Assembly (NCBI GenBank): GCA_023515725.1
Contig: JALDTO010000208.1
Coordinates: 233,391-297,390 of the forward strand
Length of the DNA stretch: 64,000 nucleotides
Source of the DNA: Amoeboaphelidium protococcarum X5
Taxonomy: Eukaryota; Fungi; Aphelidiomycota
Direction: 5' to 3'
The notes beneath the pieces are model-generated. The model saw only the letters and a program-made list of their open reading frames with translations, ran no database searches and had not been told where the DNA came from. Made by a program: the position numbers and the translations under genes. This document shows, in pieces, positions 1 through 13,427 of the stretch. Position 1 is the stretch's first letter. Each line of letters starts with the position of its first letter.

Positions 1-866
1 AAATGTTTCCAAGGTTCCAGATATGATAAAACCGATGGCATAATCTGGCATTAGAATTGCCTCTCTCCACCACAGTGGCATTTGGGTATAGATTGAGATT
101 TGATATCATTCGATCCATACGACATATCTCCTTTACCATCATGACTATAACGTATAAGAACATCTGGATTCATATTGATAAATTTCAGAAACTTTTTATA
201 CACTCCACGCGCAATCTTGCCAAATTGATCTTGTTCATATTACTCACCATTCCAATCTTCTTTAATATTAGATGAAGATTGTAATTATTGATAAGCTTTG
301 TTGTTGTAATGATTATTCACGTTACCGGAATGTAATTCCTTATCACTTTGATAGAATATACCATAACAGTCAAATGCGTGTTAAGATGATTACTGATTAC
401 TTTTGGATACTTTTCTGCTAGCTTTCACAGAGATATTAGAATTAATCTATTTAGAAACTTCCAATTAATTCATTAAGCCAGATAGTTCATTAAGATCAAA
501 GTTTAAACTCGATCCACCTAATAGAGATGTCCCAATGTTGTCGAATACAGGTTATTCAATTATCGGCGATTTACCACCATTACCCGAGTCGATTTACTGT
601 AGATCGAGAGCGTTGACGCGATAGCACCTGAATGTATGAGACTTATAAGAGCATTCACGCGAGTTACATCCAAATATATAAAGCCACGAAGACTCTTCAA
701 TATTTTGCTATGCAATAAGAATCATCCGGCTTCGACACTCGCTGCAATCAAAGATCATTTCCTTACTAACAAGATTCTTATCAAAATACACTGGCTATCC
801 ACCAATGAAATTGTCATACAAGTCAGCAACATATCCTTTACTACCTTCCGCAAAAGCAAACTCCAT
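1..866 (-). CDS. TSR4: PDCD2/PDCD2L (Tsr4-like) uS5 chaperone, 3'-truncated by window edge
   Basis: Table 6 reading: MEFAFAEG..FIGGQP..CSEC..LYIFGCNSREC and C-terminal KFLKFINMNPDVLIRY..IPKCHCGGERQFQCQIMP, the PDCD2_C pattern. Confidence 0.8.
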
Positions 867-1086
867 ACTATACGACTTTTCACTAATCTAAATTCAACAG
901 TTATAGCTGTGATTATTTTAATATGAGTTGGAGAGACGCGGTATGATCAATGCAGAAAACTGATAAAAAACAAGAAACCGTTTCAGATTTAGAACTGTTT
1001 CACCATGTGAAGTTCAATAACGATTTGTACCACAGTCTATGTTTAATTTTACTAAAACGACACTCAAATCAATATATGAGATAACT

Positions 1087-2475
1087 ATGGATTCGTCAGA
1101 GACTAATATCTAGTTTAGTGATGAGTTTGACGCGTAATATGATCCACTGTTTACAAGCTCTCTGAAGAGACATCGAGAGTGTCAGCCTCCTTTCAGCTCA
1201 TCATTCTCTTTTGATGACAATAGTACGTATAATGGTGGATATCGAGAAGTTTTAGTAGATACTGACATCCTCAAGACTCAGTCTTCAAGGCAAGAGCACT
1301 TGATATTTTCTTCTGACGTATCAGAAGATGTTAGTATGGGCATTGCATCTGATGAATTCTCTGACAATTTGGATCTTGTTTCATCTGACCATTTGCACGC
1401 GCTGCTGAGTGATGAATTTGAACAGTTCAATGAAGAGGATCTCAGGTATGCTAGAACCCTTTAAGCTATATATAACATTGTTATGCTGCTTTGTAGGATT
1501 TTATAATAGGTGAATTCTATATAGAGACAAATATCGGGTGGAATCTCAGTACGATTACATAACAAGAAGGTAAATAATCGCATGTTGTCTAAACTATTGG
1601 AAGTGATTGTTCAGTAGATTAAATCTAATTCCAAATGTACCAAACGCGACGTTTATTACAAGTATGTGGATGTGTTTCTACAATAGAGGAATGTGGACAC
1701 GCTAGTGGATTTATTATCTCTACACTTTCAATGTCCAAGATCTAGTCTTCGTGTATATGGCTCATTGAAAGGTATCATCTACGGCGATCTGACGTTAAAT
1801 CTCCATGATGGAACTTTGATTACTTGCAACTCAACCAGCTTGATTCCTCATGTTGATAGCATTTAATCTATTGAATCAAACAGAACAATTGGGAACCAGA
1901 AAGGTGCAATTAATCATATTCTAATCGTTGAAAAGTGTGCCACGTTTACTCACCTGGTCAACATTGGTATATAACAACTGTTTGAAGGTCATAGTATCAT
2001 CCTTGTATGTGGTAAAGGCTATCCCGATTTGAACACCCAGCTATTTCTCCTGTACCTTATGAAAGAGATGCCTAATGCTAAAGTGTCTATTCTGGTTGAT
2101 TGTGATCCACATGGTATTGATATAATGCGCATCTATGAATTTGGATCTGCAAAACATACGCGTGAGCTGCATCATCAGGCTGGTATATCAAATCTATTAC
2201 AACCCATAATACCCAGTCTTAGATGGATCGGTTTGAAACCATCACACATATCAAAGTATAATCTACCACAGGATCAATTAATTAAATTGACTGAACGTGA
2301 AGTGTAAGTTGCTCAAAATTATCTGACTGGACGTCATCAACACATGGATAGTCAAGTTAGACGCGAGTTGACGCGAATGCTAAAATTGGGCTATAAAGCT
2401 GAAATATAGGCACTATACTCCTAATCGAACGCACCCTTAATTGACTTAATTCATAACGAGCTGATACTGAATTGA
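1087..2475 (+). CDS. SPO11: Meiotic topoisomerase VI-A-like DSB protein Spo11, probable intron 1446-1496
   Basis: TKRDVYY (catalytic Tyr), LKGIIYG, ILIVEK, GKGYPD, LVDCDPHGIDI, KAEI(TAG=Q)AL; ends TGA. Confidence 0.93.
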
Positions 2476-2598
2476 TAATCTAGTTTAATGTATTATTAAT
2501 GTCTATTTTCACTATGAAAGTTGGAATTTCTCCTCAAGTCACTCATGTTTTTAGCGGTTCTTTCACTTTGTTCTAATTAGAAAAGCAGCAGACTTAAA

Positions 2599-3774
2599 AT
2601 GTACATGTTTTACACTGCGAAACTTGCCACCAAACCACTAAGATTGTCTATGCACTATAAACGGTCCTTTAAGTATATGAGTACATCTAGCATAGGTCAG
2701 ACATTGATAGAGCGATATAGATCTGCCTCTGATGGCGAAAAGCTGAAATTGCTCTAAACTCTCGATGGCATAAGGAACAAGGATTTTGACATTCTGTATA
2801 ACGATATGCGAAAGATGAACGATGAATCTCATGGTCTAGATGCTTTAATTAAACTAAGGATGGACATTTTAAGATGCGAGAAGTCTGGCGAAAGTGGACT
2901 GTCTCAACTCAGTCAGCGACTCCTCTCAAAGTTTAAAGTGGAATTTCGCTCCTCTAATTTGAAGACTATCCGCGTCACTCAAGACTCAGCTCTTGGTTTA
3001 AAGGTATTACTTTGATATAGTTATCTAGCATGGCATTTACAGAGTGTGAATTATGTGTAGAAACAACTTGTCGAATATGAGAAAGTTCATAAGGTCAGAT
3101 CTGATCAAGATGCTGCGAGGCGATTAGGGAATTGTCGGCGAGTATTTGCACTGACACACAAGGACTGGCCGTCTCAGATACTCTGCTTTGTCAATGTTGC
3201 TCTCACTAAGAATATCGCCACCTCTATCGATTCTATAATTTAAGCTAGTAGTGACGCGTAAAATCTTGATCAAGATGAGCCATAAATGCAGTGGGCAATG
3301 TTCTATAGTATCAACTCCACTCTCGCCGGAATAGGTGGGGTAGATTTGGGACATGAGATGATTATGCACGCCGTGGAAGAACTTCGCCGCTCCCTGCCTA
3401 ATTTACAGCATTTCTGTACTCTGTCTCCAATACCATCTCTGGCATAGAACGTGAAAGCGGATGATGCTAATGAGTAATCTGTTCTTCAATTCCTTTGCCG
3501 TCGCAAAGATACCTCTAAAACATCAGCTCCAAATAAAAAACGTGTTCTGGATCCTGTAGCCAACTTCCATTTAAAGAATGGCGCCATGATTTACTAAATC
3601 AATCCCGGGGCTAATCTGGGTCTTAAAGGCTAATAAGAGTCTTATGGTTTTATGGTCAACTATTACTATGATCAGAAATCATTGCGCAAGAACTCTGAGA
3701 TGTACATTAAACGCGGTAAGATTGCTTTATCTGATTAGTTGTAATCAACTTTACAACCTCAAAGCAAACTATGA
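2599..3774 (+). CDS. MLYCD: Malonyl-CoA decarboxylase with C-terminal PTS1 (SKL)
   Basis: YEKVH, FYSINST..GVDLG, TLSPIP, DPVANFHLKNGA, SYGFMVNYYY; ends SKL-TGA. Confidence 0.9.
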
Positions 3775-3836
3775 ATACGGGACTGTAATTTATTTGTAAC
3801 CTTAAATACACATATGCTCTATAAAAGATATTTTGT

Positions 3837-5129
3837 TCACGATTCTATGCAGGAATCTACCAAATATTTGATCAAAACACTACTCCAGCACATTGACAAA
3901 GGGGAACATTCTTCATCAACTTGAGCCTCTGCTAATGACAGTAACTCATCAGGTAATGTATTATTTTGTAGGAAGCTGGCCCATAAGGTCGTCTGCACTC
4001 CACTTTTAAATAATCGAATGGGAATCTACATCTGAGATTCAATATCATCCATATAACTTTCAAACTAAGCCATAATTTCACGCTATTACAATATGGCAAC
4101 TTTCGAATCGCAATTAGACACAATCGGACGCAGAGCCAAATAGTTATGAGGAATCATGTGCTAGTAAATGTCTCTTCTAATCAACTGCTAATCTTATGGA
4201 GTGCAGAACGTATTATACGCACTAAAAGCACTTTCAAATAGATTTCGATCTTACTTAATGCCTGACTGAATTGACTGGCTGGTCCGATGGTGATTATCTT
4301 TAAACGTCAACTCTGGACTTACAGACATTGAAGTATATCCAGATGCAACAGTAGGAGTTAACTACTACTATTACTGTTACAAAGTATTCGGAGTGTAAAT
4401 CTTGTCTGGATACTCGAGCCTGAAGTTTTAGAATAATTAACCCAGCGAGTGTATTATGTCGAACACTCCAGTAAACACTAACGCGTCGTTGACTGCGACA
4501 GAGGCAGACTATGTAATCTTCAATAAATAATTAGGTTCTTATAAGGATGAGGATAGAGTAGGCTCAACGAGTATTAATTGCTGTAAACGATGTTTATTTC
4601 TCATCGCCATCGATAAAGCAATAATAGATGCATCCATATGACCGCAGATGATATACGGTTCTCTAACACCGAGAATGAACAACATCTCGTCATATATTTC
4701 AACCTCTTAAATCAGCGATACCCCCTGGGAGTTATTTCCATATGAAGATAGACCGTGGCCACATCTATCAAAAGTGATGGACGGAATGCCAAACTTTGCC
4801 AGTTATCGCTGAGCATGGAACCAGGAGGAGCAACCCAGGTGAGTACTCGGAATAAATATCACAGTCGGCATTTAGTTATTAGTATTCAGTCTCTTATGTC
4901 TCCGCCTAGGAGTCTTCCAGCTAAAGTATATGCTTTGATTCTTCACCTCACATTATCTTCCTACACTTACTTATGAGTTGAATGATCGAAACATCGGTAT
5001 TTCAGAATATAAGCATGATACAATACCTGGTGGAACATCGCTGTATCTCCTCAAAGTGCGCTTGTATATTCCATAGCATATAGAGGTGACGGCTAACAGA
5101 GCAGCCACTTTCAAACTTTTTCGTGTCAT
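3837..5129 (-). CDS. Alpha/beta-hydrolase-fold protein with N-terminal hydrophobic anchor; nucleophile Ser apparently absent
   Basis: 430-aa table-6 ORF; FDRCGHGLS motif, then IICGHMDAS where GxSxG is expected. Confidence 0.65.
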
Positions 5130-5339
5130 ACTCGTGCCGAGGCTATTGTGATAGTGTTTGAATATGAAAGTCTGAAAATAGAAGAGAGAGAGAGCGACAA
5201 TGAGAAACGATGATCGACAAACCACCACGGATTTTCTCACGGTCAAATACGCCGAATTGGTGATACGCGTAACGGATAGGCTACAGGAGATAACGAGAGC
5301 TTAATAAATACAGTAATACTTCTAAAGACTCTGTAGTCA

Positions 5340-6767
5340 TCAAATCAATTTTATGCTGCCAACATTACGTACTATAGAAGGATCGGTGGTCCATACGTAT
5401 TTCAAATCAACTCCGTCTTCTTCATTCTTTTGCTTCCATTAATCCCAATGCTCTTACTCCCTCTAATGACTCTACTGAAGGAGTGAATATATCTATTAGA
5501 CGGCATCTTTTAAATTGATATTCATCTTGGCTGACACGGGACATAATGCATAGTTCTAATCTGAGCAGAATTAAGATAATTGCTGGTACTGCGGAGTCAA
5601 ACTCACGTCACCGCTGTCAATAAGATCGCACTTGTTAGCCAGAATGAGAACATAATTCTAATGTGACTTGCTTTAAAGTTGCCATGAATAGCCACTGTAA
5701 TTCAGATTGTCAAAGTACGCATCCACTTCATGCTTAAGAGTACGAAAATCACCGACTAAATCCTCTCTGGTGCAATCCAACATGTAAACCAGCAGTCGAC
5801 ATCTTTCGGCATGCTTGAGAAAATCCAACCCGAGTCCTTTGCCTTTTGATGCATCTTTAATCAGACCAGGTAGATCTGTAATCTTGAATTTACAATCCAG
5901 CCCGGGGATTTGAACAGAGCCTAATCGAGCTGTCAGAGTTGTGAACGCGTAATCCCCAACACCAGACTTTACCCCAATGCCATTCTCTTTCAACTTCATA
6001 GCCGGATTTCGACCTGGACATACGGCTTCCATGAAAGAGCTCTTTCCAGCATTAGGAAGTCCTATCAGACCAACATCACCAACCAACTTGGTCTCAAAGG
6101 CCAGATCAACAGATTGAATTTTTTCATTATCCGACCATTATCTCCGTGCTAGTATATCAGCAGACTCTTGGCCTTTCGTTGCCCAGCTGAATGGATTGTG
6201 AATATTACTTTACTTTAATAACGTATTAACAAATTCGGGATGTGATTATGATTCCTCTACCAGCTATTAATTCTCTAATCTATGGGAATTAAACGAGTAA
6301 TTGCCTCTACCACCAGTGCCTCCTCTAGCCACAACAAACTAAGCTCCAGGTGGCACGAGCGGATGATTCGTATCTACCCATATAGATCTCTGAGCATCGC
6401 TATTGTTCACCTCACGCATAAGTGTTCCCTTCGGCACATTTATGATGGTGTCTTCACCACGCGCGCCTTTACCTCTAGTATGCGTACCTTTCCCTCCAAC
6501 ACCAGATTTAATGATTGAAAAGTGACCACCAAATCGACTGGTGAGCATACGCAAATCAGACGCGTAGTTTTAGCCATCACCACCCACAACATTCACAATT
6601 ATATCACCACCACTATTACCATTACCACCATCGGGAGGCGCCATTCTCTGAAACGGCTAACGCGCAAAATGGACCGCTCCATCGCCACCCTTGCCCGGTT
6701 TCAGGCGATACACAACTCGATAGAATTCTCTCATTGACTTGATTTTGAGACTGCGCGTATCTTGCAT
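5340..6767 (-). CDS. MTG2: Obg-family GTPase (mitochondrial Mtg2/GTPBP5-like)
   Basis: Gly-rich Obg fold (GKGGDG..PDGGNG), GLPNAGKS, YAFTT, DLPG, NKCD, SAK. Confidence 0.88.
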
Positions 6768-6849
6768 TCAGTCACCTTAACGGAAAGAGATGAAACGCGT
6801 TTATAAAATTGTAATTCAGGCAATACCAAAATAAAAATAATACATCATA

Positions 6850-7929
6850 TCAGAAGAAAACACTTTAAAACATTTAGCTTATTGCTCTTTTCCCATTTTC
6901 CTCTTCCTAAAGGTCTTAAATATCGTATAGACGTTACAGCCTCTCAGGGTCTTCCAAATTCAATTTAGATTTGATGGTCTAATCAAATAATCTTTTTTCC
7001 GCTCTAGCAATTTGCGCCATTTGTCTCACAACTGCAGTCTATGTTCTACCCAGCAATGGTGCAATTTATCTAGGATTCTTACCATTCCTCAAGTGGAATT
7101 ACAGCTACGAACGTTGCTCATTCCAAAAACCATAATGATTGCGAGGATGAGGCTCCTATTCAATCTCTGGGTATATCTCATTGTACTCATTGGCGAGTTC
7201 AAAAGCAGTTATACTCAGCTAAGGGTTGTCTTTCCGTCTTTATGCCAGAGGAATGTACTTCTTCTGCTATGATCCACTAACAACAGAGCTGCCATATTTA
7301 ACAACTTGTAACTATAGAGACGCATTGTCATCACGCATACAATCACTACTAAAAACATCACCACCATCCGTTAAATCGCAATCTTCTTCATTATCATCAT
7401 CATCACCATCACATTCATCGCTACTAAATGGCTCATCTTTAGCAGGAGTGGCACGCGTACTCTTTGGTGGTGTCGGAGGGAACTGTTATATTGACCGCTT
7501 TCTCAGATGTCTGACATTTTCATTTTCTACTGTATCCCCATCCAGCTCAGTATCGGAAGTAATCTCTTTCTTCTGCCTCTTTCCAACAATACTCTAAGGA
7601 GTTTACAACGTAACTGCTCCATTATTAATTTCATCAGACTCAGCACTCCGTTTCCGCTGAGGTGTTTGATGCTATTTCACGTCAACCTCTGATGCAGAAT
7701 CTTTGGTGGCTACAGACTTCTTCACAGGCTTAGATTCTGATTTGAGGGATGCTTCATGCGAGGAGGTGGAAATAGCTTATTACTATGAAACCACCGAGGA
7801 ATTCTGACGCTAAGCCACAAAGGCCGAATACTCATCAACCAGCAGTCTTTTGAGCTACTTATATCTCTTGCGGCTCAGGTGCAATTGTAGATAATCCAAA
7901 AACTCTCCCTTATCACTAAGAGTGGACAT
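6850..7929 (-). CDS. Hypothetical protein, low-complexity middle, possible C-terminal HTH/Myb-like motif
   Basis: 359-aa ATG..TGA ORF in table 6; C-terminal W..QIAPLLGRTQTAV. Confidence 0.6.
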
Positions 7930-8423
7930 GATACGTGCTTTTTATCTTTAATAATTCAGATATTAGCTATTTTTTCCTGTATAAAATCGTAAACCTAAGA
8001 AATACAAATCAAAAGTTAAAGTGATTCAAGGAGTGTCATTTAAGTCTGGTTGCTACGCTGATTGGCTGAGCATTTATCGGTCATTTCTCTTGTGTGTCAC
8101 ATTAAGTTCATCAATGCTTACTACCAAAAATAGATGTCCACAGCGTTCTGTACATAGCTAGTTATCGAAATCAGACCAATTATTGTACATTGCCAAAGGT
8201 CTTCCGAGTTATCGACTGCATGTAAAAACTCACACAACAACGTCCGATACTCTTTAAAACGCGTGACGCGTCACTCCTGATTTCATGTTGATTAGCGATT
8301 CATTACCGGTTGTCTTCTTCCTTACACTTGACTTACTCTTAATTGTCTGAATATTCGAATAAATTAGTCTAATTGCCTCATTCTTCTCATAGTTAGTATA
8401 TAAAATTGGGTGAAGACGTTATA

Positions 8424-11400
8424 ATGGCTGATGAAGAGTTTATTGATCCACTTGGGTAGACTGATGGCTCAGATTTGTTTGGTGACAATATGGTTAGTAC
8501 AGGAAATCAGGGAGGGAAATCATCATTGTTCGACGACACTGAAGACTTGAGATCATTTGGTAGTCGTGGGAGGCTTGGAAGGCGGTTTAATAATGATGAT
8601 ATGCAAAGTAGTAGTACATAGTAGTTGTAAGGGACCGAGTCTGCTGATTAGATTTTCTCTGCTATCGATCAAAACGAACAGGATTACACAGAATCTACAC
8701 CTTTTCTGTCATCATATCCGGATATCATAAAGCAGTAGGACGTAGAAGGTGGCGACAATGATACTACTGGCAATAGTACTACGCGTCGTAAAAAAGATAA
8801 AGCTGTTAAATATGGTGGTGGCGGTAGACGGCCTTGGTATAGGAGAAAATGCTTTGCTGTTATCCTCTTGATCATTCTCCTGTTGATTATCACCATGTCT
8901 CTAATCACTTGGTTTGTTATAATTCCTTCGGTGGCGTCATAGAAAATGCGTCTAGTCGGACTGAAAGTTAATAGTATTGTAATGACAAAGCCACGTCCAT
9001 CATCTGTGGCACTGCGAATGAACGTTACTCTTGAGGGCCTTGGCGCGGCAACATAACTTAGTCAGAAGATTTTGAGTGAACGAACGTAGATTCAGGTGAA
9101 TTTTAATGGCACTGAAATTGGAAGAGTCCCGATGCCTGAGCTCGCTATTGAGAAGGGTATGGATACACTTGATTTGATCATTGATGAAGTTATGGAAGTG
9201 ACTAATTCTGAGTGGTTGACAATAAATATTAAAGATGTTCTTGATAAAGAGGTGTTCTATTGGAATTTGAAGGCACCACGGGGATTGCATCTCAAGTTGG
9301 AAGGAGTCCCTGTTTTGAATACTATATCAGTTGGTAATGTAGAGTTCAACAAGGATATCAAGTTGACTGGAATGTAAAAGTTTTCAACCGATGGCGGATT
9401 TAAAGTATTATCTCTGGAGATTCCTCGTAATCTCAATTGGTAAAAAGATCAAGTTAAGCAATCATCTACCCGCTATTAGGGACTGGAACTGCAAGTTTAA
9501 ATCTAGATTCCAAATCCATCAAGGATAACTATGCTACTTCCTGACACCACGTTCTCTCTGTATTATAAGTCTACTAAGCACGAGAACTATTTCATTCCGG
9601 TTGGACTTCTATCTGCTTCTTCCGACGAAATGCTAATCCGACCTAGTCCAGTGCAAAATAATATTACTCTCGTGGGTGGCCTACTTAGTTATCAGACGCT
9701 CCCTGAGGCTTTGAAGTATGGATATGGCGAAGCGTAATACAGAGATGTGTTGAGCGAGTTCTTTACGCGTTATATCAGCGGTGAGAAGGTTGATCTGCAG
9801 ACGCGTGGATTTTCTTTTACCGACGAATTTAATAGTTTACGCAACCATACTAAGCCAGATTTGCCTCCTGTTGATAGCGCTGGTTGGTTACTCAATCCTC
9901 TGTCTTAAATCAATTTGAACGTGACTTATCAACACGACTCTGAGCGGAATGGTCGCACCAGTATTAATGGCATATAAGTGGACAAGTTGAACTTTAAATT
10001 CCGCAAAGATTATCCTTTTAAGCCTGTAACAGCAGGTACGATCCAGGCACGTATGTTTGTGCCGTATCTATTTGATCTCGATGTGGTACAGGTGAAGTAG
10101 AGAGTTGAGATATGGCGTTGTGTGTCTAGCTGCACTGATTTAGTTCTCATTGGATTGCTTGAGACTTAGTGGGAAGACTCCAAGTCGTCGACAATTGAAA
10201 CTGTCGATTCAGAGCTATAGGATGGCTCAACTCTCGCAATTGGCAAGAGCTATAATGTCATTATGTCTATAAACAATTCCACGATGGGTCGATCTGATAA
10301 TACTATCCTGCAAGTTTCTGCGTAGTCTAGAACGTATTATTAGGAATTCATCCGCGATCTTTTAAAGTATGAATACGTCGATGTCTTATTCAAAGGATCT
10401 GCTTCTGCTAACATAGATCTTGGTCTCGGCCTGCCTCTGTATGTGATGGATCTACCGGTCGATCATAGTGTTCGCTTGCCAGGTATGGCTAATTTGGTGA
10501 GTGGAGGTGGAGACGGTATGAAGGTGGTGTAAAATTTGGAAGTTAAAAGTGTCGCTAGAGGTGGAGTGCTTGGATTCAGCATTGCCGGTGCTTATATGCG
10601 TCGATATCTCAATTGGACTATTGGAATTGAAATTGATGCTCCAATGCAGTTTGATATGTTTTACACTCCAAACTCTGATCCTACAAGTGGTAAACACGTA
10701 TAGACGTTACAGTAGTCATAGAGTATAATGGATAAAGATTATTTAGTGGGTAAAGTCTCGATACCATCGTTAAATCTTGGTGATACCGCAGACTGCTATC
10801 AACGAATATATGATCCTCTGGCTAATGAAACTATTATTGTTGGAGATTCAGGAGTTGATTATTGCAGTGTCGTTGCGGATGGGGACTTTTAGCCTGTGGC
10901 TTCAGTTAGAGATTAGGAAATATGTGACTAGAGAGGCACTTGTGTGTCGCGGGCCTTCTTTTCTGCATACACCACCAACTATGCTCTCCATAGGAACACG
11001 TCTCGATTCGAGCCTACAGAGATTACGCTGAAGGCTGTCAGTCTTCCGCCTGATTTCGAGTTGGCCAAGTCTTTGATGTCGTTACCTAAACTATAGCTGC
11101 CGGGATATCGCCCCAGCTATAATGCCACGAGTAGGCCTCCATTTCCTTTGGTGCGGCGTATAGTCGTCCAGCCTACAGGAAACATAATCAGCGGTAAATT
11201 GTCTTGCTGGCTGGATCTCTATAATCCTTTAAAGATACCGCTCAGGTATCACTATCTCAACATCAAGACTTATTATGGCAATGTGTAAATTGGCTCGCTG
11301 AACGTCAATCTCACTCAATATGATCCATTTGAGCATAAGAAAGGATACGAGTTTTCGGGATACCCGAACCGGCGTACGAATAAGAAGAAAGATCCTTATG

Positions 11401-11966
11401 GACCACATGCATCCAGGTGGTGTTTGAACTAGCAAGATTGCCAAGTTGGGCCGATTGATTTAGTTCCTAATGGCGTTGATGGACTTGATTGCACTGGCGG
11501 TTACTAGAACTTGTCAACTATAAGCAATCGAACTGAAGTTACATTCTCTCTTAGTGTTCCAGGTGTAGCTCAATTCTGGAAGAGTTTGTGGGACCGTGAT
11601 GGAGCGGCCGTGAATGTCACAATCAAAGGCCAAGTCTTGATTGGATTGAATTCTGTGCCTTTTGTTGGATAGCCTCGGTTGAATAATACAGATCCTCCTT
11701 CGGAGAAGGAAATTGATGATGTTAAGCATGGCAGGATACCGGCTGATTTAGTTGATCCGTATTGGTTTGGTGTACAAGATTTTGAAAAGTCAAACACATT
11801 CATCACTTGGCAAGATTTTGGTTAGTTTGAGACTCCACTGATAATGAGACGATTCATAAATGGTGGAAATGGGAGACCGGAACCTCTAAATTTTACTGTT
11901 CCGGGTTGTGATGAGAATTGATTCTGGATTGAGGAGTGGCCATCACCTGAAGTTGACGAAGACTGA
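8424..11966 (+). CDS. Large single-pass type II membrane protein, DUF3712/Tag1 (LEA_2-like repeat) type
   Basis: 1180-aa ORF; acidic N-tail, basic RRPWYRRK then TM helix, beta-rich repeats with IPNPS and LYNPLKIPL motifs. Confidence 0.65.
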
Positions 11967-12157
11967 AAAATAATAAATGTTGATTTTATACCATCGTAGA
12001 AAGATTCTTCAGTTTGCCAGGTTCATATCTGCTTCTTGCGTTTATGTTCCTTCCATCTTCAGATTCTCTTGTTCCTTAGTTAGTTTCGCCTCCCATCTGC
12101 CTTAATCGATCGCGACGATAATCGCGTTTCAGGTGAGGCTTTCACCGGATGGTTTTT

Positions 12158-12190
12158 GAAACCGTTTCAGCGGCCCCACACTATAAAATA
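12158..12190 (+). promoter_or_regulatory. GAAACnGTTTC palindrome plus TATA-like CTATAAAA
   Basis: TGAAACCGTTTCAG at ~12157-12170 and CTATAAAATA at 12181; similar arrangement upstream of the gene at 35726. Confidence 0.45.
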
Positions 12191-12560
12191 AGATTGCCAT
12201 CGGTTTCACTTCTTTTCTCTATTTCTTTCATTATCAACAATAACAATTGTCTCGACAATTGTTTGGTATTCTGGTCTGTGTGTTCTCTTAACATGCAACT
12301 GCTTCCTTCTGCTTGAGACGTTTCCGGCTTCTGATGCTGGTGCTGGCTGTCTTCTGCTATATCAACTCTGAATCCTATTCCTTGGTCCTCAGTTATCTGT
12401 CTCTGTGCTTTACTTGATACTGTGGCACTGTGTCAAGTAGATGTTCCATCTTGAAGGCTCTGGGCTTCTGCTTGAATTCCTCTGTGCATGTGTATGCAAA
12501 GCTACCATCTGGCTGCAAGTATGGCCTGCTGCTTGATGATGTTCCATTGTGGATGTTTTC

Positions 12561-12911
12561 TTGTAGGCGAGACTGGGCGGGGGTAAGCCAACAGGGCAGT
12601 CCGGTGGGCCGAATATCTATTATCCTTTGGAACGGAGAGCGGAAGGTTGCTGGTAAGATTGGCAAAGTTGGTTGGTTCCTCGTCCCTGAAAGATTTGATC
12701 CCTTTCACAGAGGCTCGTCGGGTTAGTGGTGGTAACGATAACTGGTGGATGGATGCCTGCCAGTTTGCGGTGAAGCTCTACGTCGTCGAGTCCGGGTCGT
12801 CGAACCGCTTTGCTAATCCTGGAGTAAGTTTAACTCATCTAATACCTGGCACTAGGGCGAGCGGCTGTTGTATACGAGGCTGGGCGGGGGCAAGCCAGGT
12901 GGGCAGTCCGG
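12561..12911. repeat. Imperfect 44-bp G-rich direct repeat (12561-12604 and 12868-12911)
   Basis: TTGTAGGCGAGACTGGGCGGGGGTAAGCCAACAGGGCAGTCCGG vs TTGTATACGAGGCTGGGCGGGGGCAAGCCAGGTGGGCAGTCCGG, 37/44 identical. Confidence 0.85.
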
Positions 12912-13427
12912 GGGATTGAAGCAGATGCCGCCCTAGTAGCATGTGGCATTTAGTTGGGTCCTGACTGCGTATCATTAAGGTTGACGTGTGAATGAGAGCG
13001 AGTCGCACTTTGGTCTCGCTGGAATTGACACTGATTCTTGTAGATCTCGCTTCTGCCAATGACGAGCTGATTGGTTTTGTTCCTCATGATGCTGCTGGGA
13101 GGTGCACAATCTGGGTCGCTGATGGCAGAGCGATACCAAGAGCCTCACTCTAATGATGTTGGCCACCTTGACGTGGTATTAGAGCTCCTGTTCTACAGAT
13201 CTAAGAGCCAACACTCTATTTAATGAATTTGATTTGAATAAATTTCTTTAATCACTAGCTCAATGTATATCTTTGTCTTTTTCCAACAGAACATGGATTA
13301 CAAGATGGCAACATTAGATATAATGATAGGCTATCGATAAGAATGGATGTAAGCATGAACATAATATATAATCGAAAATACTAAAACAAAGTCTTTGATG
13401 ATGATGACAAGTAGCGAGTCATTCATT

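Noticed and set aside
12389-13088. ~230-aa minus-strand table-6 ORF
   Set aside because: No recognisable motif; long chance ORFs are expected with a single stop codon; promoter signals point the other way
12593-13300. RNase P/MRP or telomerase RNA call
   Set aside because: Only a weak CR-V-like ACAGAACATGGATTA (~13286), no GGAA-type CR-I and no CTAACCCTAA template; needs a covariance-model search
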